Positions 9,385 through 18,789 of a DNA stretch of 64,000 bases are shown here, piece after piece. How positions within the stretch are numbered: position 1 is the first letter of the stretch; each line of letters starts with the position of its first letter. Position numbers and translations under genes: made by a program. Below the pieces are notes generated by a model that saw only the letters and a list, made by a program, of their open reading frames with translations, was not told the DNA's origin and made no database searches. This DNA comes from Nitrosopumilus sp. (GTDB taxonomy: Archaea; Thermoproteota; Nitrososphaeria; Nitrososphaerales; Nitrosopumilaceae), in assembly GCA_965207075.1 (NCBI GenBank), contig CBDBLO010000002.1:864001-928000 (forward strand), read 5' to 3'.

Positions 9385-10833
9385 ATGGACGCGACTCAGA
9401 ACGGACAATCATCCCAGCAGCAGCAGCAGCAAAAGCAGCAGCAGAACAAAAAGGCACGCCGCCGGAATCGACGGCATCGGCAATTCCAGGATGCGCAAAG
9501 GCAGCCGCAGACTCCGCAGCAAAGGCAGCCGCAGACTCCGCAGCAAACAGAACCCCCTGCGCAGTCAGCGGTAAACTTTGAGGATCTTCGAGGGGACTTT
9601 CCGATACTTGCCCGGACCGTCAGGGACGGAAAGCCCCTGGTATATCTGGATAATGCATCCACCACGCAAAAGCCCACGCAGGTGATAGACGCGATAGGCG
9701 ACTATTACAGGACGTACAACGCGAACACCCACAGGGCCGTATACGCGCTTGCCGAGGAGGCCACTGAGGCCTACGAGGCGGTCCGGGACAAGGTGGCCAA
9801 ATTTGTAAACATCAAGGACCGGCAGGAGATAATATTCGTCCGCGGCACTACTGAGGCAATCAACCTGGTGGCGTACGCGTGGGGAAGAGGACACGTAAAG
9901 CCCGGCGACATCATAGTCACTACGGAGTACGAACACCACAGCAACATTGTGCCGTGGCAGCTCGTGGCCGAAGAAAGAGGGGCCGTCCTAGAGTATATCC
10001 GGATTGACGATAACGGCGAGCTGATTCTTGACGACTTGGACAAGCTGCTTGAGACTGGAAGGGTGAGGCTGGTCGCGTTCAGCCTGATGTCAAACGTGCT
10101 TGGCACCATCACGGACTCAGACGCAATCATATCAAAGTGCAAGGCTGCCGGCGTCCCCACGCTGGTGGACGGCGCCCAGGCCGTGCCGCACATGCCAGTC
10201 GACATCGCGTCGCTCGGGTGTGACTTTTTCGCGTTCTCCGGCCACAAGATGATGGGGCCCACCGGCATAGGCGTGCTCTGGGCGAGCAAGGAAATGCTGG
10301 GCGAGATGGTGCCGTTCCACGGGGGCGGCGACATGATACGAGAGGTTCACAAGTACGAGTCCACGTGGAACGACCTGCCGTACAAGTTCGAGGCCGGCAC
10401 GCCCAACATCGCCGACGTGATAGGGCTGGGAGCCGCCATAGACTACCTTGAGAGAATCGGGATGAAGAACGTCCGAAGCCACGAGCTGTTCCTCACGCGG
10501 TACGCGCTAGAAAAACTGTCGGCCGTACCGGACCTCAAGATATACGGGCCAAAGGACGCCTCGAGGCGCGGCGGCGTCATCTCGTTTAACTTCCAGTCGG
10601 TGCACCCGCACGACGTCGCGTACATAATAGACGAGGCCGGCGTGGCGCTCAGGTCGGGACACCACTGCGCGCAGGTGCTGATGGAAAAACTCGACGTGGC
10701 GGCCACGTCAAGGGCGAGCTTTTACCTGTACAATACAACCTCCGAGATCGACGCGCTGGTAAGATCGCTTGACACGGTGGCGCAAAAGTTTGCGGTGCGC
10801 GGCAAGGAAGGGGAGGACGGGGCCGCAAAATGA
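9385..10833 (+). CDS. sufS: Cysteine desulfurase SufS with ~65 aa Gln/Arg-rich N-terminal extension
   Basis: VYLDNASTTQKP, EHHSN, DGAQ, SGHKM, FEAGTP, RSGHHCAQ (group II). Confidence 0.96.
   Translation: MDATQNGQSSQQQQQQKQQQNKKARRRNRRHRQFQDAQRQPQTPQQRQPQTPQQTEPPAQSAVNFEDLRGDFPILARTVRDGKPLVYLDNASTTQKPTQVIDAIGDYYRTYNANTHRAVYALAEEATEAYEAVRDKVAKFVNIKDRQEIIFVRGTTEAINLVAYAWGRGHVKPGDIIVTTEYEHHSNIVPWQLVAEERGAVLEYIRIDDNGELILDDLDKLLETGRVRLVAFSLMSNVLGTITDSDAIISKCKAAGVPTLVDGAQAVPHMPVDIASLGCDFFAFSGHKMMGPTGIGVLWASKEMLGEMVPFHGGGDMIREVHKYESTWNDLPYKFEAGTPNIADVIGLGAAIDYLERIGMKNVRSHELFLTRYALEKLSAVPDLKIYGPKDASRRGGVISFNFQSVHPHDVAYIIDEAGVALRSGHHCAQVLMEKLDVAATSRASFYLYNTTSEIDALVRSLDTVAQKFAVRGKEGEDGAAK
9496..9543 (+). 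repeat. 24-bp tandem repeat x2 (QRQPQTPQ) in sufS N-terminus, preceded by CAG runs
   Basis: caaaggcagccgcagactccgcag repeated exactly. Confidence 0.9.
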
Positions 10834-11324
10834 GCAGCGGTGGCAACGCGGACATCTACCACGAGATGATCGTGGACTATTCGAGGAATCCGGCAAACTT
10901 TGGCAAGATAGAGAACCCCGACGTGACGTTTCATGACGCAAACCCGCTGTGCGGTGACACCATAGACATAGACATGAACATATCCGACGACGCCGTCTCG
11001 GACATAAAGTTCCACGGCAAGGGCTGCGCAATCTGCATGGCGTGCTCGTCGGTCCTGACTGAGATTACAAAGGGAAAGAGCCTGGAGGAGGTGAGGGCAG
11101 TCGGCAAGGACGACATACTGGGCGAGCTGGGGCTGGAACACCTGCAGGCGGTCCGCATAAAGTGCGCGCTGCTGCCGCTGAAGGTGTTCAAGTCGGCGCT
11201 GTACACGTACCTTGGAAGGCACCTGCAGGGTGCGGGCAGCTCCACTGACCCGGCCGCCGCGGACACTGGCATGTCTGCCGAGGAGATCGACAGACTAAAA
11301 GAAGAGGCTGCCGGACTATACTAG
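10830..11324 (+). CDS. sufU: SufU/NifU-N scaffold / sulfur-transfer protein
   Basis: NPLCGD, GCAICMA, RIKCALL; ATGA overlap with sufS. Confidence 0.9.
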   Translation: MSSGGNADIYHEMIVDYSRNPANFGKIENPDVTFHDANPLCGDTIDIDMNISDDAVSDIKFHGKGCAICMACSSVLTEITKGKSLEEVRAVGKDDILGELGLEHLQAVRIKCALLPLKVFKSALYTYLGRHLQGAGSSTDPAAADTGMSAEEIDRLKEEAAGLY

Positions 11325-11723
11325 ATGGCTGGCGATTCCCACGGGACGGCAGGGGCCGGTGACGCTCCCGCCGCTACTGCCTCCGGCAACAACGCCGACG
11401 GGCTGGGCCTTGAGATGCGCCGCGCGATATTTGAGAATTTCAACGACCTCGAGCTCCGGTTCACGAACGACGAAGTCCTTGACATCATGCGCAAAAAAGG
11501 CGTCGTGGACGACGCGTGTGACGTGTGCGACGTCGAGTCCGACTTTGTGTCGCTGTGCGAGTCGGGCCTCGTGCGCAACATAGCGCAGAACTTTAACACG
11601 ATGTGGCTGCGCCTCTTTGACGTGGTGGACGAGGTGAAGTGCGGCGCCTGCTCCCAAACAATCCACTTGGGAAGGGCAGAGGAGCGCGCGTGTCCAAATC
11701 CCGGCTGCGGGGCGCCACTGTGA
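11325..11723 (+). CDS. Conserved hypothetical protein with C-terminal Zn ribbon
   Basis: Abuts sufU stop; CGAC...CPNPGC motif; host-like codon usage. Confidence 0.75.
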   Translation: MAGDSHGTAGAGDAPAATASGNNADGLGLEMRRAIFENFNDLELRFTNDEVLDIMRKKGVVDDACDVCDVESDFVSLCESGLVRNIAQNFNTMWLRLFDVVDEVKCGACSQTIHLGRAEERACPNPGCGAPL

Positions 11724-11727
11724 AAAC

Positions 11728-12833
11728 TATAGTCAAGAGCAAAAGTTCGTGAGCAGGCACTTGTCCTAAACGGAACCTTCATTGATCATACTAATCGGCA
11801 TACCGCATGGTCGAAACATCCAAGGAGGAATTCAAACAAGCCTACCGAAAGGAAAAGGATCCCAGGGCGGTCAAGAGGATGGCCGCGGTGAACATGGCGT
11901 ATTACAACCAGGAGAGCACGCAGCACGTGGCCGACTCGCTCATGCAGTGTCCGAACCGGGCCCTGACGTGGGTAAGGCGGTTTGAGGAGGGCGGAATAGA
12001 CGCCCTCCGGGACCTTCCCAGGAGCGGAAGGCCTCCAAGGATCGACCGCGCGACGATGGATAATATGTTGTCGGAGGCGGGGCAGTCAAAGACCACGCCG
12101 GCGAAACTCCGGCAGAAGATACGCCGGGAGGCGGGGATCATATTCCACGTGACGTACGTCAGGAAGCTCATGTGCAGGGCCGGACTCTCCGCCAAGACGG
12201 CCACCATGGTGCCCGCCAACCGCGCAGACAGCGGGACGGTAAACTCGTGGCGCCACCGGACGAAAAGGCGCACCGCACGCCTGAAAAAGGCCGGATTCGC
12301 CGTTGCGGCGATGGACGAGGCGTTCTTCATGCATAATGACGCGGTAGGTCGCAAGTACTGGCCGCCCGTGGGAACCCCGGTGAGGGTTACGCATGCGGGG
12401 GGACGCAGGAGGCTGACCGTGTTTGGCGCAGTCACGGACGACGGGAGGCAGTTCTTCAGGACGTCCACCCAGGGCTTCAACGACGGGACGTTCGTGCCGT
12501 ACGTCAGGGCCATTCTCCGCCGCTTCAAGAGAGTCGCGCTGATACTGGACGGGGCGTCGACGCACCGCTCAAGACTGACAAGGGAGGCATTTGGCGGAAA
12601 CAAGAACGTCGAGCTCATCTACCTGCCCACGGCCTCGCCGTACCTCAACGCCTCCGAACAGTGCTGGAACAGGGGAAAGAGAGATCTGATGAATTCGGAA
12701 TACTATGAGACCTTTGACGACATGCGCAAGGCCGTGTCAACGTACCTCAGAACAATACGGTTCGACCTTGACATACACAGGTACCTCAACAGAAAAGCCT
12801 CAAAGTACTCATGAACTTTGGATCGGCACTATA
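11728..12833 (+). mobile_element. IS630-family insertion sequence (coordinates include flanking TA)
   Basis: Imperfect 26-bp terminal inverted repeats tatagtcaagagcaaaagttcgtgag / tatagtgccgatccaaagttcatgag (rc), TA target duplication, transposase inside. Confidence 0.9.
11807..12814 (+). CDS. IS630-family DDE transposase
   Basis: HTH 'WVRRFEEGGIDAL.D.PRSGRPP', MDEA, LILDGA..H, LP.ASP.LN.SE..W. Confidence 0.93.
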   Translation: MVETSKEEFKQAYRKEKDPRAVKRMAAVNMAYYNQESTQHVADSLMQCPNRALTWVRRFEEGGIDALRDLPRSGRPPRIDRATMDNMLSEAGQSKTTPAKLRQKIRREAGIIFHVTYVRKLMCRAGLSAKTATMVPANRADSGTVNSWRHRTKRRTARLKKAGFAVAAMDEAFFMHNDAVGRKYWPPVGTPVRVTHAGGRRRLTVFGAVTDDGRQFFRTSTQGFNDGTFVPYVRAILRRFKRVALILDGASTHRSRLTREAFGGNKNVELIYLPTASPYLNASEQCWNRGKRDLMNSEYYETFDDMRKAVSTYLRTIRFDLDIHRYLNRKASKYS

Positions 12834-13020
12834 TTATATTTTTTACTTGATTCCTGCTCGAGTCTTTCAATCCTGCTCTCGTATTCCTTTTTCATTTTTT
12901 CAACTTTATAATTGATCTTCAAATTCTCAATTGCCACACCTGATTTACCTGATGATTGTGTGTAACTTGTGACTGAGTTATCATGACCGTATGCACTCAG
13001 GTCGGCGCATCTCACAACAC
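12834..13020 (-). pseudogene. AT-rich gene remnant between IS630 and IS66 end; possibly a tyrosine-integrase C-terminus
   Basis: Reads ...GHDNSVTSY...AIENLKI...KKEYESRIERLEQE and runs into the IS630 end. Confidence 0.3.
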
Positions 13021-13024
13021 GAAC

Positions 13025-13295
13025 GTAGGTGAAGAGCTGTTTCAGCATGCCGCAGCGATGGCGACGACAGAGGGAGTCATTGTTGCAGCCTGCCCGGACC
13101 GTTCCGCGCGCTCCGGGCAGTCGGGCGGCCTGAATATGCGCCAGTCCGGATACTCGATCATGCACTCCACCGCCGCGCGCGGGAACATGCCCAGCTTCTG
13201 GCACGTGCGCGCGACGGACACCAGCACGGAGAACACCTGGCGCCCCTCCGGCGTGGACAGCTGGCGGCGCACGTTGCGGTGCAGCACGACCCCCT
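13025..13295 (-). mobile_element. IS66-family transposase 3' remnant with probable terminal repeat
   Basis: VLHRNVRRQLSTPEGRQVFSVLVSVARTCQKLG resembles the IS66 TnpC C-terminus; GC-rich patch in AT-rich DNA; ends at GTAGGTG (IS66-like end). Confidence 0.6.
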
Positions 13296-13396
13296 AAAAC
13301 ATATTAATGAAATAAAGGTTTCAATGATTTTGAAGTAATACCGCAACATTGATTTTAATTTTTAGCAAAACTCACCACCACACAACCATCATCAAG

Positions 13397-13440
13397 AATA
13401 ATTTTAATAATTAATAATAATTAATAATAATTAATGATTG
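13397..13440. repeat. AT-rich TAATAATTAA tandem repeat
   Basis: aataattttaataattaataataattaataataattaatgattg. Confidence 0.75.
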
Positions 13441-13722
13441 AGAATTGATCGTATATTACACATGTTCACTTGGGTGATTTTAAATATTCATGTCAGGTAG
13501 GGAGCTTGGTTCACACTGTAATTTAGCGTCACAGCAGTGGTTGACACACCGACAAGGACGCGAGTGCCCTCGAATCGTACCCACCGCGTTTGCACAAGCA
13601 CTCTAGGCCGTAATGCATTTATACGTACATGTGACTTTGTGTTGCGATGGACAAATTGGGCAGTCTTGCAGTAAAAAGACTCTTGAGATTATACACTGTG
13701 CCTGAGAGACACTGCGATACCT

Positions 13723-16700
13723 GTGAGCAAAAAAGAACTAATGTACAACTTTGCGTTTTGCCCGGGAGGAGCGCACATCGCGCGGAGGTTGAATGACAGA
13801 TTGCAGGCGCTGACGTGGGTCGTAATGGCATTTGTATTGTTTACAGTTGCATATGCGCCGTCTGCGTTTGCACAGACTGTCGTGGGGGATCCGTGCAATG
13901 ATGGCAACAGTGTGGACGTCACTCCGGGACGAGTAACATACGATCTGAGCAGTATAGAATGCATGGTCGACGAGGCAGTCTCAGAAGCCTTGGAGATGTA
14001 TGAAGAACGGGGCAGTTCCTCTTTTGACGCGATTACGGCCTCTGCTGTGGATGAGCCCCCGTTTGCACCGTTTGTCATCCATGCCGATGATCTGCGTATC
14101 GTGGCAAACAGCGCCGACCCTGATTACGTGAACCGGACTGCTGAATACCTGCGCAATGCCAATACTACTCTTGAACAAGTTCTTGCCCTGCAGAACGGTG
14201 AAAAAATCTGGGTAAAGTACATCGACACCAATCCTGCGCTTGGACAGGAACAGGTAAAAGTTGCACTGTTGCTTTTACATGGTGACTATATATTCGGGGC
14301 CGGATATTATCTGCCGGACTTTGAGGTTCAGGAACTGATCGAGCAGACCGTGCGAGGGTACGAGTCTGACGGCGTGGCCACATTTGAGGACATTACTCCG
14401 GACTCGCCAAGAGTTACAGATGACCTGTACGTGTTTGTGATAAGTTACCCGAATTGGATCAGGGTGGCAGACGGTGTGGTGCCTGACCGGGTGAACAAAC
14501 CTGATACCATTCTTGACACGTCCGCTCGAACGGTTGATGACGTACGTGCGGACCTAGCGGCCAATGGCTCTACATGGGCCACGTATACGTTTCACAACCC
14601 TGCCACCGATATAATACAACTCAAGCGCACGTGGCTCTACCTACATGATGGCTATGTGTTCGGCTCTGGGTATTATCCGCATGACTCTAGGTCGCAATCG
14701 CAGGCAGAATCTGCAAAGATACAATATACTGCACACGGCACCGCTGCCTTTGGAATGATAACTCCGATGGTGCCCAATCCACTATTGACAGACTCTACCT
14801 TTGTACTGGACTCGTCAACCCTCGAGGTGGTGGCACATGCACGTTCGCCATATTTGCTAGAGACGAACTTTGCGCAACTCGCTATGGCAGACAAGCCACT
14901 GGAGAGGATCAGAGACGAACTGCAGCGTGACGAGGATGGCATCTGGGTGTGGTATATGGACTTCAACCCAGCAACTGGGACCAACCAGCTCACCCATGCA
15001 TATATCATATTATATGATGGCTACATATTCGGTGCCAGCTCTCCGCTTCCTGACATACGCGCGCAGGCGGTGATAGATGATGCAATCTACACGTACAGGA
15101 ACAATCCTGACACTGCATTTGACATTATAAATTCCGGAGCGCTCAACAGACTTGATGTCATTCCACTAGTGATCAACGGCACGCTGGTGGCGCACGGACT
15201 CCTGCCGCACTTGGTCGGAATGCCACTGGAGGGTGCGATAGAGAGGAGTACCACGCAAATTTTTGACGATCTGGAGGACGGATATTCTGCGGCCGGGCAC
15301 CTTGCATTTTTTGACCCTCTGACTGGAATAACGCAGATCACGCGCGCCCTGTATGTGTTTCATGATGGTTACTTTTTTGCCGCAACGTATACTATAGCAG
15401 ACGCCGACACTCAGTCCCAGACAGACTATGCTCGGTTTGTGTACGAATCCAACATGGAAGACGGAAAATGGAGGGATATCCTGACTCCTGATGAGCCCAT
15501 AGTGACAGATGATCTGTATTCGTTTGTAATCGACTTGGAATCGTGGACTCGGCTTGCAGACGGTGTGGTGCCAGCGCGTGTAAACCAACCTGAGACCATA
15601 CTGGATACATCCTACAGGTCGGTTGCTGACGTGCGAAGCGACCTAGAAGAGAACGGCAGGACGTGGCTGACGTACACGTTTCACAATCCTGCCACCGGGG
15701 TAGAGCAGCTAAAGCGCACGTACCTCCAGCTGCGAGACGGGCTTGTGTTTGGATCCGGCTACTATCTGCTGGACTCTGAAGTCCAGGCCGTGGCGTATTC
15801 GAGCATACTCTCATACCTTGCCTCTGGCGCGAACGTGGCGCTCGCTACCATCAACGCCATGCAGGACACACCGGTCTCGACGTATCCGTTTGTTGTAGAT
15901 CCACGCTCTGGAACGATACTGGCTCAGGGTGTAAGAGACAGCACGATCGGCACTGCCGACTGGGATGAAATCCTCAAGATACTTTCAGTGGATGAAATTT
16001 TTGCAGAGCTGCAGACCAAACCCGGCATCTGGGTCAGTTATACCCATACAGAACCCGTCAGCGGCGTGTCAGAAGTAAAGCGTACTTGGCTTGCCCATTA
16101 TAATGGATTGATATTCGGATCCGGATACTATACATCGGACATACCGGCATCTGATGCCAAGTTTGTGGTGAATAACGCGATACAGACCTATGACGCCAAC
16201 AGACAAAACGACGCGTGGATAGACATAATCACGCCTGATGAGCCGATCACGACTGACGCCCTGTATCCGTTTGTAATCGACTTGGAATCGTGGACCCGGC
16301 TTGCAGACGGTGTGATACCAGCGCGAGTAGGGCATTCTGAGACCATACTTGAAAAGTCTGGCCGCACTCTGGAAAGCGTGCGTACGGAGCTTCGCGAGCG
16401 CGGCAGCATGTGGATTTCCTATACGTTTCACAACCCTGCCACCGGAATCGAGCAGCTAAAGCACTCTTACTTGCAGCTGCACGACGGTATCGTATTCGGT
16501 TCCGGGTACTATGTACTTGACTCTCGGGTCCAGTCTGCCGTAAACGGCAAGACCATAGAGTATGAGCGCGACGGCTGGGCCGCCACCATTGCCGCCACGT
16601 CGGCAATACCTGCAGAACCAATTTCCACGTACGCCTTTATCGTTGATCCTCAGAGCGGCGCAACCCTTGCGCAGAACGTGGATCCCGTGAGAATCGGCCA

Positions 16701-17700
16701 CGTGGATGACTGGACGGCCATTACGACAACGACGAGCGCACAGTCAATACTCGATATCATTGACAAGGGGACCGGCACGTGGGTCAGTTATGACCACACC
16801 AACCCATTGACTGGCGTTTCGGAGACAAAGCGCGCCTGGCTTGTCTTGCACGACGGTATCGTGTTTGGTTCAGGATATTACACTACTGACATACCTGTAT
16901 CTGACGTGAGATTTGTGGTGAATAACGCGATACAGACCTATGACGCCAACAGACAAAACGACGCGTGGATAGACATAATCACGCCTGATGAGCCGATCAC
17001 GACTGACATCCTGTATCCGTTTGTAATCGACTTGGAATCGTGGACCCGGCTTGCAGACGGTGTGATACCAGCGCGAGTAGGGCATCCTGAGACCATACTT
17101 GAAAAGTCTGACCACACTCTGGAAAGCGTGCGTACGGAGCTTCGCGAGCGCGGCAGCATGTGGGTTGTCTACACTTTCCACAACCCTGCCACCGGAATCG
17201 AGCAGCTAAAGCACTCTTACTTGCAGCTGCACGACGGTATCGTATTCGGTTCCGGGTACTATGTACTTGACTCGCACGTCCAGTCTACCGTAAACGGCAA
17301 GACCATAGAGTATGAGCGCGACGGCAGGGCCGCCACCATTGCCGCCACGTCGGCAATACCTGCAGAACCAATTCCCACGTACGCCTTTATCGTTGATCCT
17401 CAGAGCGGCGCAACCCTTGCGCAGAACGTGGATCCCGTGAGAATCGGCCACGTGGATGACTGGACGGCCATTACGACAACGACGAGCGCACAGTCAATAC
17501 TCGATATCATTGACAAGGGGACCGGCACGTGGGTCAGTTATGACCACACCAACCCACTGACTGGAATCTTGGAGGAAAAGCGCGCCTGGCTTGTCTTGCA
17601 CGACGGTATCGTGTTTGGTTCAGGATACTACGAGTCTACTCAGATTGACATTGAGCCACTGTCATCTGGATCAACACCTGCCCCTGGGCAATGCAGGTGA
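13723..17700 (+). CDS. Secreted protein built of 10 tandem single-Cache (sCache_2-like) domains; start may be downstream
   Basis: Signal-like VVMAFVLFTVAYAPSAFA; ten ~125 aa units ending W..Y...NP.TG..Q/E.K......HDG.VFGSGYY; no C-terminal TM or output domain. Confidence 0.8.
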   Translation: MSKKELMYNFAFCPGGAHIARRLNDRLQALTWVVMAFVLFTVAYAPSAFAQTVVGDPCNDGNSVDVTPGRVTYDLSSIECMVDEAVSEALEMYEERGSSSFDAITASAVDEPPFAPFVIHADDLRIVANSADPDYVNRTAEYLRNANTTLEQVLALQNGEKIWVKYIDTNPALGQEQVKVALLLLHGDYIFGAGYYLPDFEVQELIEQTVRGYESDGVATFEDITPDSPRVTDDLYVFVISYPNWIRVADGVVPDRVNKPDTILDTSARTVDDVRADLAANGSTWATYTFHNPATDIIQLKRTWLYLHDGYVFGSGYYPHDSRSQSQAESAKIQYTAHGTAAFGMITPMVPNPLLTDSTFVLDSSTLEVVAHARSPYLLETNFAQLAMADKPLERIRDELQRDEDGIWVWYMDFNPATGTNQLTHAYIILYDGYIFGASSPLPDIRAQAVIDDAIYTYRNNPDTAFDIINSGALNRLDVIPLVINGTLVAHGLLPHLVGMPLEGAIERSTTQIFDDLEDGYSAAGHLAFFDPLTGITQITRALYVFHDGYFFAATYTIADADTQSQTDYARFVYESNMEDGKWRDILTPDEPIVTDDLYSFVIDLESWTRLADGVVPARVNQPETILDTSYRSVADVRSDLEENGRTWLTYTFHNPATGVEQLKRTYLQLRDGLVFGSGYYLLDSEVQAVAYSSILSYLASGANVALATINAMQDTPVSTYPFVVDPRSGTILAQGVRDSTIGTADWDEILKILSVDEIFAELQTKPGIWVSYTHTEPVSGVSEVKRTWLAHYNGLIFGSGYYTSDIPASDAKFVVNNAIQTYDANRQNDAWIDIITPDEPITTDALYPFVIDLESWTRLADGVIPARVGHSETILEKSGRTLESVRTELRERGSMWISYTFHNPATGIEQLKHSYLQLHDGIVFGSGYYVLDSRVQSAVNGKTIEYERDGWAATIAATSAIPAEPISTYAFIVDPQSGATLAQNVDPVRIGHVDDWTAITTTTSAQSILDIIDKGTGTWVSYDHTNPLTGVSETKRAWLVLHDGIVFGSGYYTTDIPVSDVRFVVNNAIQTYDANRQNDAWIDIITPDEPITTDILYPFVIDLESWTRLADGVIPARVGHPETILEKSDHTLESVRTELRERGSMWVVYTFHNPATGIEQLKHSYLQLHDGIVFGSGYYVLDSHVQSTVNGKTIEYERDGRAATIAATSAIPAEPIPTYAFIVDPQSGATLAQNVDPVRIGHVDDWTAITTTTSAQSILDIIDKGTGTWVSYDHTNPLTGILEEKRAWLVLHDGIVFGSGYYESTQIDIEPLSSGSTPAPGQCR
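16162..17630 (+). repeat. Near-identical 750-bp intragenic tandem duplication (two Cache domains per unit)
   Basis: 16162-16880 aligns with 16912-17630 at a fixed 750 offset with scattered substitutions. Confidence 0.95.
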
Positions 17701-17800
17701 TTTGCGTACTTTGATATGCCGCAATCGTTGATGTGCAGAACGAGACTGATGCGCAGAGCGCATGAATGTGGTATTGCAAAGTCTACTTAATGATTAAGCT

Positions 17801-18250
17801 TTGAGGAAATTCCTCAATATTGTAAATGCCGAGGGAGCAATACACTACAAGAGTACAAAAAAGTGAGAGGTGGCATCGCAGTCTGATTCCGGCACATGGC
17901 ATGCCGCACTCGTGACAGAGAAAGGGTTGGCATGTGACTGTCCATACAACCAAAAACAAAATGCCGTTTGTAAACATGCAGAGGCAGTTGAGATGCTGAT
18001 ATTGTAAAAAACATTTCAGATAAAATCAGGTGGCAAAAAAGTTGTACTGAAAGAGAATACGGATCTATAGTTATAGTGTCGTGCAAAAGTCTTGGAGCTA
18101 AAGTATGATCATGAACCAAAAGCTTATAGATCAGATAACATTACGCTGGGTATGACGAGTCTAGAAAATCTTTGCATCGAATACAGAAAGGAGAAAAACG
18201 GCGACGTAAGGATCGGGGTTCATGACCTTTTTTGCAACGGAATGATATGC
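17801..18250 (+). pseudogene. SWIM zinc-finger gene remnant (likely N-terminus of a degraded transposase)
   Basis: Frame from 17801 reads ...KSTKK*EVASQSDSGTWHAALVTEKGLACDCPYNQKQNAVCKHAEAV: CxC...CKH SWIM motif with in-frame stops. Confidence 0.6.
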
Positions 18251-18789
18251 TTGTAAAGTTATTATTTTATTTTCATATGGCTGTTTTTTATAGACCTGCT
18301 TTATCGGTTCATTCTAGTAGCCATTAGTAAACTCCTCTGACTGTGCCGGCATTGATGCGTGATCCGGACCACACCTATGATGTACGGGTTCACGTCCTCC
18401 TGAAACCGGCACCAGTCCCACACCGTATGTGCCCTTTGACCATGATGGGTTAATTCATGCCCCATAACACAGATGATCTTTTTTAGATTTGTGGGAGCAG
18501 CAACGCCATGAGCACGGCAGTACAAAAAAAGACATGCTCGGCTGTAGTAACCGGGGATCTTGAAGGGGAGGATTCGTCGACACCTGCGACGAGCTTCATG
18601 CAATATCGGAAGGCGATACATCTGGGGAAGTGATGGGAAACATGAGGGAGGCAATGGGGCCTGCAGCAGAAGAGGTGGGGGATACGATAGGCTTCAGCAT
18701 GCTCGCCATGGAACGGCGATGGCAAGGTTTCCACGGTATCTGGCAGTCAGGCGGCAGGATACTTGCAAAGGGGTTTGTCACAACCCGCA

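Noticed and set aside
16162-17630. Diversity-generating retroelement TR/VR pair
   Set aside because: Both copies are in-frame coding, mismatches are not adenine-specific, and there is no reverse transcriptase in the window
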